This document shows, piece after piece, positions 13,601-22,636 of a stretch of DNA of 64,000 nucleotides. The notes beneath the pieces were generated by a model. That model searched no databases, had not been told where the DNA came from, and was given only the letters and a program-made list of their open reading frames with translations. How positions within the stretch are numbered: the first letter of the stretch is position 1; each line of letters starts with the position of its first letter. The position numbers were made by a program, and so were the translations under genes. This DNA is from Amoebophrya sp. A120 (Eukaryota; Protista; Dinoflagellata), in assembly GCA_905178155.1 (NCBI GenBank), contig CAJINV010000005.1:6780153-6844152 (forward strand), given 5' to 3'.

Positions 13601-16600
13601 TTGGAGCGTGGCGCGCGCGAAGGATGGGCAATAGAATGGGACGGTGTCGACCTCATCGCAGAGTACAAAGAAGCAGCGCGAAAGAAACAGGCGGGCGCCG
13701 CCCCGATGGAGTGCGTCACGCATTTAATAGTGTGGGACGACGGCGGTTACAGCCTTTGCTGGCTGAAGAAGACGGGGTGGGCTTGCCTAGACAACCAGCA
13801 GACCGTGCGAATTAGCCGCCTTGGGAGAGTAAGGTGGGTAAAGGAGTCCAGAAATGTCCATGTGTGCCCGCGGTGCGGGGACGTCCTTCCGGACGCCCGT
13901 GCACTGCGGGGACACATGACCACCGGCTTCTGCAGAAAGGAACTCACACTGGCGGAGCAGAAGACGCTCCGTGTAGGGCGGTACGTGGAGGACAAGATGA
14001 AAACACAGCGGGCGGCAGTAGTCGTCGCAGCAAAGTTGAAAACCCACGACGACAGAGAAATCGCAACGGCGGGAAGCTTCAAGTACTTAGGCACAACAGT
14101 AGCAAACAACGCAAGCACAACCAAAGAAGTAGAAAGGCGGGCCGGCATAGCGCGGGCAACGGCGGAACAGCTGCGGAAGGTTTGGAGAGACAAAGCAACC
14201 CCGAAGGAACTCAAGGCGGAGCTTTTTTCCGCGTTGTGCAGCTCCGTGGCGCTGTACAACGCGGAAACGTGGACCCTGTGCGAACAGGACATGAAGCTCT
14301 TGAAGAAATACCAGCACCAAACGCTGAGAACACTGACGGGGGAGCGGCGCGCCTGGCAGAAGCAGGCAGACCAGGACAGGGCAGAGGTAGAAGAGCAGGA
14401 GCTTGACGAGGGGGCGGAGTACGCGAGCAGAATGGAACTCTGCCAACAGGCCGGGGTTCTAGACATAGAAACGATGTTGCAGGAAAAACGGGTGGCCTGG
14501 ATCGCGCATGCCGCGCGAGACAGGTCAGAGGGTTCGTTTCTATGGATCGCCAGCGAGATAAGGAAGAAAAGTATTTGGGGAAGGCAGGCAGCGGCCGACC
14601 TCGAGTACTATGGGATCGAGCTGGAGAGGCTCGCACAGCAGCCGCCGGACGCAGAAACGGTTCGCAACATACTGCGGGAACGAAGAGCACACCAAACCGG
14701 AAGAAAGGAAAAGCCAAGACAGAGAAAACAGAAAACGGAGCGCACAGAGCAAATGCGGGAGGAGCAGCGGCAGCGCATAGCACAGCAAAAGGCAGAGCAA
14801 GAAGAAGAGCGGCGGCAATTTGTCCAGAAAATCAACGGCAAACGCTGGGTGAGATTACCCGGCAGAAGGGATGCCTGGCACCCTGAAGACGACGCCCAGG
14901 AGCTGTTTACGGCGACGGACGATTTTTGCGAAAATACAGGGAGAGAAATCCTGTATGTTGCTGGCTTGACCTTCTTCCGAAACCCGGCAGACCATACGTG
15001 GAGCGTAGACTGACGGGGGAGTTGCTTGAAGACAGTGTTTGCGTGCACGTCCAGTCAACCACAAAGACTGAAAATAGATACCAACAGCTATTTAGGACAC
15101 GCACCAGAATGATGATGATAGTTAGAACTACACAGATTAAGAAGATTTGCGATCATGCACAATAAACTGACGAACAAGTAACTGACGAAGTGTGGATCAT
15201 GTGGACGCGTCTACTTCCCTTGTGATGCATTGCCTTCCTTCCGCAAGATTTTTACCAAAGCCAGTAAATCCCATCGTGCCCTGATTTTTACAGATCACTT
15301 CCCTCCAATCGAAGCAGCGCGGTCTTGTCGACGAGATCCTGCAGCAGAGGAAGAAGCTGAACTCCAACCGGGCCTATGCCAAAGCGTTCGTTGCGGACCT
15401 GAAAGAGTGCATGCCGCTGCAGAACTCAGGAGTCGGCGGGTTCCCGCCCGCACCACAACACACCGCGAAAGCTGCTGGAACAGCAGCGGACAGTGGAGCG
15501 AATAAGGAGCAGACGCAGCAGTATCCTAAGTAAAAACGTCCCCACCCCATAGTCAAGATGTGAAATCTGCTAGACAAATCGACAGGCTTCGGTTGATGCG
15601 CATGACAAATTTGGGCGCGCAGTGTGGTCGTGTTGTTCTAGTGCAGCAGCATTACAGATTTTTCCTATCATGCTGATTCTAGCATTAAAACCCTTAAAAC
15701 ACCACTAGAAAGCGCCTCTCATGGGTCTCCGCATGAGAAACACTTTGAGGATGCAGATTTGCATTACAACTTTATTAGGGTGGGGACGTCTTTGCATAGG
15801 ATAAGCAGTCGAACGCCAATTCGTTGAAGGAGCAGTACACGAAGCTGGTCAACAAGTTTACGACGAACGAGTGGGAGCTGTCGGTACTATATCAACCGCA
15901 AATATGTGTGGGTCTGGAAACTTGTGATGCTGGGATGTGAATAGTGAATGTTCTGTAATGCACAGCCAAGCATGAGAAATATTTTCGCGGCTTAGTGTTA
16001 CGCTTTCCGCATGAGAAACTGCGTATTTTGCATGACAAGCCAAAGGCTCTCTTCTTGGACGCGCATCACAAACTCTTTAGTCATGCCAGACAAGCATGAC
16101 AAACCTGCCATCCTTCCAGACCCAGACATATTTGCAATGCATATACTAGCGACGACCGGGGGCGGTGACAGCAACGGGAACGGTTCTGGCGGGGTGGTGG
16201 ACCCGAACGTGAGGCAGAAGGAATACCTCGAGAAAACCATCGAAGGGTTGAAACGGGCGCTGCGCAAAGACAGTGAGAAGCACCGGACGACGAACATGAG
16301 GATACTAAACGAGGGCGTGGAGCTATGCAACGAAAAAAGTGTTACAGTTACACATTGTGTTGCAGAACGTGCAAGACAGACAACCTCTCTCATGCTGGAA
16401 AGGCATGCGAGCCTCGTTTCACAAGTGTTTTCCCTTAGGATCTCTGCGTTGCAAGTTTTCTCTGCAATGCAGAGCAAGTCTGTGTTGCTAAAGTTGCGAC
16501 AAATGTGTAAATGTAACATTTTTTCCCTGTGATAGGAACTCGTGGCGGAAATTAACACGCTACGGAAGGAGCTCGCCAGCTACACGCGCGCCGCGCAGGC

Positions 16601-17240
16601 TATGGGATTCTCAAACGTTCCACTCTAAACTGTTACATGATTTGTCATGCAAAATGACCATGAGCCACCAGACGATCAAGCTGCTTCGCATGACAAATTA
16701 TCGGAGGGCTAAATAGCACTAGAATCCGCACCAAATCTGTAATGCAAGACGCGCAAGGTTCCTCCTCTGACCTGTGCTATTCTTGCATTACAGATTCATG
16801 TGACATTTGAGAATGTAACATTTGAGAACGCCATACAGGCCAACAAGGGCGACCAAAACATGATGTCCAGCCAAAGTCCCGGTATCAAATGCAAATATGT
16901 CTGGGTCTGGAAGATTGCGAGACTTGTCATGCAGATTATCCATTGCCCATGTCGCCTGGAATGCACGACGAAGCATGACAGATTCTGTGGGTTCCCTGTC
17001 ATGCCCATCCTGCATGAGGAACTTCCTCTCGTCATCAGCCTGGTCAAAAGTGGACATCTTTTGGCATTCATGCAACACAGATTTTTTTTTGCACGATCCA
17101 GAATTTTTAGCATGACAAGTTGCAATGTTCCAGACCCAGATCAGTATTTGCACCGGATACCCGGCGGATCCAAACAATTTTCCACCGAAGGGGCGGATGT
17201 GGGCGCAGAGGAGGCCCCGGGAGGAGCTGCTCCGCAGTAG
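4692..17240 (+). CDS. CFAP57: Cilia- and flagella-associated protein 57 (WDR65), paralogue A; WD40 repeats plus C-terminal coiled coil; 16 IEs, 7 GT-AG introns
   Basis: Exon translations match the CFAP57 family: [88 protein letters not shown]. The last exon ends TAG at 17238-17240. Confidence 0.9.
5180..5454. mobile_element. Introner element, family A
   Basis: Family A TIRs; DR acaag/gcaag. Confidence 0.9.
5908..6186. mobile_element. Introner element, family B
   Basis: TATCATAAGGAAAAACGTCCCC / GGGGACGTTTTTGCTCAGGATA; DR attcc. Confidence 0.92.
6274..6536. mobile_element. Introner element, family A (reverse orientation relative to 2687-2948)
   Basis: Family A TIRs; DR accct. Confidence 0.92.
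6977..7192. mobile_element. Introner element, family E
   Basis: TATCATGAGAAAAAAGTGTGACAGTTAC / GTAACTGTAACACTTTTTTCCTGTGATA; DR acgaa/ccgaa. Confidence 0.9.
8344..8492. mobile_element. Introner element, family D
   Basis: TATGCATTGCAAAAGTATCGTACTCGTA / TACGAGCGCGATACTTTTGCACAGGATA; DR cgtcg. Confidence 0.92.
8560..8808. mobile_element. Introner element, family A
   Basis: Family A TIRs; DR cggat. Confidence 0.92.
8898..9034. mobile_element. Introner element, family D
   Basis: Family D TIRs; DR cagaa/tagaa. Confidence 0.88.
9737..10041. mobile_element. Introner element, family H
   Basis: TAATACAATGAAAAATGCCCCC / GGGGGCATTTTTCATTGTAATA; DR gctga. Confidence 0.9.
10278..10597. mobile_element. 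Introner element, family G
   Basis: TATCGAAAGGAAAAATCCCCCCTCCCCATA / TATGGGGAGGGGGGATTTTTCCTTTTGATA; DR ccggg. Confidence 0.92.
10642..10865. mobile_element. Introner element, family C
   Basis: TATGAGAATGCACAACTCCCC / GGGGAGTTGTGCACTCTCATA; DR tttga/tatga. Confidence 0.9.
10946..11180. mobile_element. Introner element, family I
   Basis: TATGACCTGCTCAAACGTTACAATCT / AGATTGTAACACCTGAGCAGGTTATA; DR gatat. Confidence 0.88.
11669..15118 (+). mobile_element. 5'-truncated non-LTR retrotransposon (RTE-like LINE) inside a GT-AG intron of CFAP57-A
   Basis: TSD TAGTTAGAACTACAC at 11654-11668 and 15119-15133, with a short (ATG)n/(TGA)n 3' tail. The host intron is 11623 (GT) to 15293 (AG). Confidence 0.92.
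11774..15013 (+). CDS. LINE ORF2: C-terminal part of the AP endonuclease, reverse transcriptase and an internal zinc finger
   Basis: APE motifs SDNG, YDHILV, SDHRLV; RT motifs NYRPVALL, FIDFQKAYDS, GIRQGSSLSPLIF, FVDD, FKYLG. The frame is open back to 11669, so the ATG at 11774 is internal to a truncated ORF. Confidence 0.93.
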   Translation: MGFATKNELTSISSMFRKKFRHRYTFTGSFSGGRKRREYDHILVRYRDRGLCTAFSVTDQTHTRSDHRLVTARIDGAAVRVPRAKERAAKQLLRQKDKAEDIDRKLREVFTDAKLLEMETGDATAAQVWDGFEDAVKPLMEQMEEDWKKNKPEQRRKPWITDRTWKTIMARRKVAAKGSSPNKKAEARLRRRIEMEVKEDKEAWTRERLEAMRKADSSGNARGVYEAVRQLSGRARAKGQQNLPGGERLHLDFWKTILGQDRPAAPNALQNTKAWERCEKMLTREPPRPTWTTEKTGAPTDAEIDQAVKEMKKGKSHAGDFPAEFFTHSEAARRVVRVVVRKIFEGQPPPQQWLDAEIALLHKAGARADPANYRPVALLHFGEKLTSLIVLKRVRQAAYRSVNKKQKGSVQGLSCRHAVFTLLRDMENAIRNGETRVYDFIDFQKAYDSLDWSRLNTILRWQGFPEDLAELVERLYNSATFCLKLGPGNKSSKAGQRSGIRQGSSLSPLIFVLVLDFALRAFEDTMQSLGRWARCKDDSFLSWLGFVDDLVVRSDTPEEAQEALLQLQAACRYVGLELNAKKTETMTIGLAPETKNNEDARKERVRLECLERGAREGWAIEWDGVDLIAEYKEAARKKQAGAAPMECVTHLIVWDDGGYSLCWLKKTGWACLDNQQTVRISRLGRVRWVKESRNVHVCPRCGDVLPDARALRGHMTTGFCRKELTLAEQKTLRVGRYVEDKMKTQRAAVVVAAKLKTHDDREIATAGSFKYLGTTVANNASTTKEVERRAGIARATAEQLRKVWRDKATPKELKAELFSALCSSVALYNAETWTLCEQDMKLLKKYQHQTLRTLTGERRAWQKQADQDRAEVEEQELDEGAEYASRMELCQQAGVLDIETMLQEKRVAWIAHAARDRSEGSFLWIASEIRKKSIWGRQAAADLEYYGIELERLAQQPPDAETVRNILRERRAHQTGRKEKPRQRKQKTERTEQMREEQRQRIAQQKAEQEEERRQFVQKINGKRWVRLPGRRDAWHPEDDAQELFTATDDFCENTGREILYVAGLTFFRNPADHTWSVD
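15522..15803. mobile_element. Introner element, family B
   Basis: Family B TIRs; DR agcag. Confidence 0.92.
15890..16143. mobile_element. Introner element, family A
   Basis: Family A TIRs; DR tacta. Confidence 0.92.
16324..16534. mobile_element. Introner element, family E
   Basis: Family E TIRs; DR ggagc/ggaac. Confidence 0.9.
16601..16835. mobile_element. Introner element, family F
   Basis: TATGGGATTCTCAAACGTT / AATGTAACATTTGAGAACGCCATA; DR caggc. Confidence 0.92.
16883..17159. mobile_element. Introner element, family A
   Basis: Family A TIRs; DR cccgg; interior similar to 2306-2554. Confidence 0.92.
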
Positions 17241-18957
17241 GATATATAAAGGTCTTGTTTTCGGTCAAAAATCGTGTTTCAAACCACAATTGACTTTTTA
17301 CCGAGAACCCAAGTCGTCCCGCTATGATGAATGACAAGAATTAATATTTCTTCGACGACATAATTAAAGTAAGTTACGGTTACGAATCGACATGACTCAA
17401 GAACCCAAAACGGAAAAACTTATAGACAATCACTTTTGAGATCAAGTTTGTAAAGCCCGAGAACTCTTAAACATAAAGACGAAACTGTATCAAGGCAAGG
17501 TGATTCTTTCTTTTATCTAATCGGACAAAAATGGCAAAAAAAATGGCAAGATGTTGACAGGACATGTATAGCAGAGCGAGTTTTATTTGTCTCAACTAGC
17601 ACAGGCAGAAGTACGATGGTGAAGAGCAAAACTATGCTGGTCTTCTGGTCGTGCGACGTCGTGTGGGTGGAGAACTGCAACAGGAGGTCTTCGCACCAAC
17701 AAGGTAATCATCTCAACTGATTCCCTCCCTCTGTCTCCCTCGAAGATGGGGCATCAAACCTACGAAGAACTATGTACTTGGCACAGCATCCTCCGATACT
17801 AGGAGTCCTTGCTCAGCTCTGCTATCTCACAACTTAGCCAGGCCCAAGCTCGGTGAATCGACACTTTTGTTCATGTTCGTTAGCTTCAAGGCCACCAGAC
17901 GCGACATAGAAGTTCTGCGATTTACATAATTGTCGGACCTGACGTCGGACTGTCAGCGTCGAGAAAAAGATCCAACGTAGTACAACATTCACCATGACGC
18001 ATTTTTAGCGTTGAAAGTGAAAGAACTACCTGCGTCAATGGCACGTGGTTTCAACGCTAAATCCAAATCGTCCAAAAAGGTCGGATGATTTATCGTTGCG
18101 CTATTTTTGTACTAAGGGGTCGTCCTTCGATTTCGTTTCATTCCTTTTCGTCGCTGGATCTTTTGCCCTCGTATTGTCCGTCGTTGGGGATAAGGACGGT
18201 CGTTTATAACGTATGGAATTAGGTGAAAGCAGTACAAGTTCCGGACTTGCCAACAACTTTGTACTATTTCAGAAAGGTGTGCAGGGCGGGAAACAAGATT
18301 TGATAGATACGTTTTGTGGTCGTGGGGCGAAATCATTATCGCGGTGATCAGGTTCTCGTAGCTCGTGTCGTCACAAATCAGCAAAGCACGCTCCCATCTT
18401 CGACCTTTTTTAGCGAATGAGAGTGAAGTACAACCTATCTTCGAGCTGCCGTCTGTCTGCGCTACAAGTAAGAGAAAATCAAAATTTTAATTTTCATATT
18501 GAGCGAATCATCGTGAGAGTCAGGGTCGTGCGAGCGAGTCGTTTTTTCCTTGGATGGGAAATAGAATAAATCGAAATTGTCCGACAAGAAGCTACTTACT
18601 TTCGTGCAACTTTTTTCTTGATCGTGCAATACCTCTCCAGTTCGTCACTCGTAACAGCGCCGCACCGTGTCGTCACTACCAGCATGATCTCGAAGATATA
18701 TGAATTTTTTTATCCCGGTCAGCATGACACAAAATTCAAATAACCTGAGAACAGGGCCCAGTGAAAAAGATGTGAATAGCACGAGGATTAAGTGAATGTT
18801 TGTTTTCAGCATCCCCCCCGCGTAGCTGTACTAGTATCAGCGAAATGTTCTCCTGGGCGAGAACCACAACTAGTACTACTGGCTTCGGTAGTTCTCATCA
18901 TCACTAGTTGTAAACTACAGAGCCTAATAAGATAAATAAAATCGTCCACTAGGAAAA

Positions 18958-21154
18958 ATGGACGGAGATCAACATCTTGAGGTCCCGGCGACCCAGAAGC
19001 ATGTCTCCCCGGAGATCATCGTCGGGGTGGCGAAGATGCTCGGCATCGACGCCGTCAACGAACCTGAATACCTCTGGATCGCAGAGCAGTGTGCGAAGGC
19101 GGATTTGCCTTCGAAAGATTGGCGGGAGCTGACCAACGAAAATGGGGAAACCATGTACTACCATGTGCGCACGAAAAGGCTGCAGAAACTACACCCTTTG
19201 CTGGAACAGTACGCCGGGCTGTACCACAAGCAGGCGAGCTTTGTGAAGATGAGCGGCACGACACAGCAGACGGATCTGGACTCCAACAGCACCCGGCTGA
19301 GCGGCATCATCACGGAGATTTTGAACCGCGTCACGAGCCACCTGCCGCCCATGACCCCGGAAATGGTCGACAAGGTGGCACTGCTGCTCGAGTGTGACAC
19401 CAAGGCGGAGTACTTTCTCGCACGGGTGATCAAGCAGACCATCGAGGCGTACGTGGAAAAGCAGTTCAACTTGGGGACCATTCTGCAGGATTTGGAGAAA
19501 CCGCTGGAGTTTTTGCGGAAAATGCGGAAACAGCAGGTGAAAGTGGACGTCATCCGAAAACCGGACACGGTCGTCATGTGCCAAGAGTGCGAGGAAAAAT
19601 CCGCCGTCGTCAAGTGCCAACAGTGCAAGGACTTTTTCTGTCAAGACTGCTTCAACGCGACCCACGCGACGGGGAAACGGCGCGGGCACATCATTCAGGA
19701 CGTGGAGCAGCTGGTCTGTGCGGCCTGCGACCACCTGATTGCCTCCTGTCAGTGTATCCAGTGTGGTTTGTTTTACTGCGACCAGTGCTTCGTGTCCACG
19801 CACGCATCGCGCCCGGAGCTGCACAACCACTTGAAACGGATCATCAACGGGTTGGTCTGCCTCGAGTGCGAGCACTACAACGCGAGTGTGCTCTGCGAAG
19901 ACTGCGTGGACCTGTTCTGCACCGAGTGCTTCATCAAACTGCACCGGAAAGGGAAAAGGCGGCAGCACGTGCACTTATGAATTGCAAAAGTTAATCGTAC
20001 TAGTAGAAATCGCATGACAGATAATTCCCTCAGCATGAGAAACGAAATTTGTCATGCGGATTTGCCCTAAGAAAAAGATTTGTAATGTATGGCCGCAATT
20101 AGAATTAGTAATACTACGAGTGCGATGCTTTTGTATTTGATAGCACTTGACGATCGACAACACGGGACAGGTGTTCCGGGGGGGTTTTCTTGTCCCCCCA
20201 GAGGAGGCGCAAGTGCTCACGGACCGGGCACGCAGCACCGCCGAGTCCGGGCCCTGGGTGGTATGAGAGTGCAGCACAACTCCCCCTCGTTCTCATTTTT
20301 CATGCAAAACACCAACTCCAGATTGAGATTGTCCCTCCTGTCACTATTATGCATGACAAGATCATCTGGTAGGCCAAATAGCACTACATTCCAGTCGTGT
20401 AAATCTGTCATGCAGAACCGGCATTCTTGCTGATGCTTGTATTGCTGTTCATGCTATACAAATGAGGGGGAGGCGGGGGAGTTGTGCACTGTCATAGGTG
20501 GCGTTTAAGGACGACAATTTGAACATATCAAATGTAGAAATGTCTGGGTCTGCTGGAAGGATACAACTTGTGATGCTATTTTTGGAATCTACATAAAATC
20601 TGTGTTGCATGAACAGCAATAAAAGAGATGTAATTTGTGCTACGCGGAGAGGGCATTTCTCATGCGGTATGAGCATCAGAAAGCCCTCGCAAAATCTCTG
20701 ATGCTAGGGCATGCATCACAGACCTGATGGGCCATGCAAAATCTGCATGACAAACTCCTGCATTCTTCCAGACCCAGACATTTTTGCAATCCATAGAACA
20801 CCTACTGGTACAATTTTACGTCGAAAACGCGCGTGATGAACAACCCCTACGACAAAGATTATCAATTGCAAATATGTCTGGGTCTGGAAGAGTGCAAGTT
20901 TGTCATGCTTGTCTGGCATGACTCGAGAATCTGTGTTGCATAGGCACGAAAAGGCCCTCTTACCTGTCATGCAGAAACGCAGTTTGCAATGCGGAATACG
21001 TAAGACATGGCAGCCAGAAAATTTGTCATGCATAGCTGCGCATTGCAGTGCGTCTACGATAGACTTTTAGCATTACAAGTTTCCAGGCCCAGACATATTT
21101 GCAATCGATAAAGATCCCGACGTCGCCATTGCGGGCATCGAGGACGTCGCTTGA
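18958..21154 (+). CDS. Protein with a CEP164-like N-terminal helical/WW domain, three B-box zinc fingers and a C-terminal WW domain (4 IEs)
   Basis: AKMLGIDAVNEPEYLWIA..DW..YYH..HP resembles the CEP164 N-terminus. Three CxxC-x7-CxxC-x3-CxxC-x3-H units follow. The spliced C-terminus GPWVAFKDDNLNTYWYNFTSKTRVMNNPY is WW-like; TGA at 21152-21154. Confidence 0.8.
19976..20142. mobile_element. Introner element, family D
   Basis: Family D TIRs; DR gcact. Confidence 0.9.
20262..20496. mobile_element. Introner element, family C
   Basis: Family C TIRs; DR ggtgg. Confidence 0.9.
20526..20795. mobile_element. Introner element, family A (reverse orientation relative to 1552-1823)
   Basis: Family A TIRs; DR gaaca. 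Confidence 0.92.
20860..21110. mobile_element. Introner element, family A
   Basis: Family A TIRs; DR aagat. Confidence 0.92.
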
Positions 21155-22636
21155 GGGAACAGTGGTTCAGTGAGATCGTAGTTCATCTCAAGAACAGTAA
21201 CCAGACTTGTAGCAGCGGTGTCGCTGTACCAATTTGTAGTTCCTGGAGTACTACACCTACTAGTAGCTCCTGTATCACCAAGTCCAAGGGCACTTGTAAA
21301 AAGACCGTAATCTACAAAAACTACAAAGGTGGAAACTCACGATAATGACGAAATGACCACGCAGCCTCTGATGTACCATAGCAAAAATCAGCTAGTACTG
21401 ATGCGGGTTTTCTGAAGTTGTTCTATTGATAGGACGATCAGATACTTCTACAGCTTGTTGCTCCTGCGTCGTGATAAGACGATGAAGCCTTTTTTACCTG
21501 AACCTATTTCCTATACACATTATCCACCTCCACGTCCACCTAAGATACGGCGAGGGTGGATCGAGTAGAAATAAACCCATTGGGGTTGATTTGAATTTAG
21601 CAGAAACTATAAGTACAATACCCAGATTGTGATTGATTTGAATTTAGCAGAAAAGTTGTACCAAAGAAGTCCACATTAGTTGTACTCTTCGCAAACTGAT
21701 GTGATAGGTACGACCACCTCCTCCAGAATTTAGTATGATTTGAATGGTTGACTGAATTCGAATGCAGAGCCTTGATTGTATTTTGTATTTACGCATCCAT
21801 TAGCATTATGCAAGAAAAATCTGCAGAATGTACCTATAGAAAGAGTCGTGTGTTTGAGTTTCTTTGTTCGGAAGATGAATCGAGCTCCACCAGCGGAAAA
21901 AAACTACTACACGACTAGCGGATGAAGATATTGCAGAATTTCCGTACAACATAAAAACTTTCTACCAAGAAGGTCTGACTGAGTTCGAGACGCCTTGCTA
22001 GTTTTCTTCGAGCAGAGCGAAGGAGGAAAAAGAGGTGTAAGTAGTGTTCTTTGATCCATCCGCCTCGGATGGTGACCTCGACCTCGTTGTAGAGCGATTG
22101 CTGAAGTCGAGGGGTGACTTTTCTTTGTTTGGAGTGAAGGACGAGTTCGAGAAACAACTGAGCGGGTAGACCCGAACGCGAATCGTAGTCGATTGTAGTT
22201 GTCGTTCTTGCGGTTACTAGGTTTTTATTGACCCACCGCCCTGAATTTGTCTTCTTCTTCGTAAAGCAGCCGATCGTCGATAGAGCGCGGTTGTGTCGTT
22301 TTTCTTTGATACGTCGTAGCGTCGTTTCATCATGTTATGCCCTCGCGCAGCGGCAACGAACTGTCTGCAGTTTCTTGCAGTGGTTCTTGTATACGCGCAC
22401 CAGGACTCGTAGCACGACATTTAAGTACATCATCGCTAGGACGATTTTTTTCAGTGTGACCACCTCGAAGACGGGAAGTAGATAAGTTCTGGGTCGCACC
22501 GGGCCACACCAGTCATTTGTCTTCCCATGGTCTATGCCATGATGTTGAAGCTACGGCCTATACGGCCGTAATGAAACTTTCTGGGAGGCGAATTCTGAAG
22601 TATAACCACGAATAGTAAAGCAACAAAATCTTCAAG

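Noticed and set aside
11893-15104. Long antisense and alternate-frame ORFs over the LINE and other GC-rich exons
   Set aside because: They are shadow ORFs of the real coding frame, with no recognisable motifs.
21586-21654. 21-bp direct repeat TTGATTTGAATTTAGCAGAAA
   Set aside because: Two copies in AT-rich intergenic DNA, consistent with a trivial local duplication.
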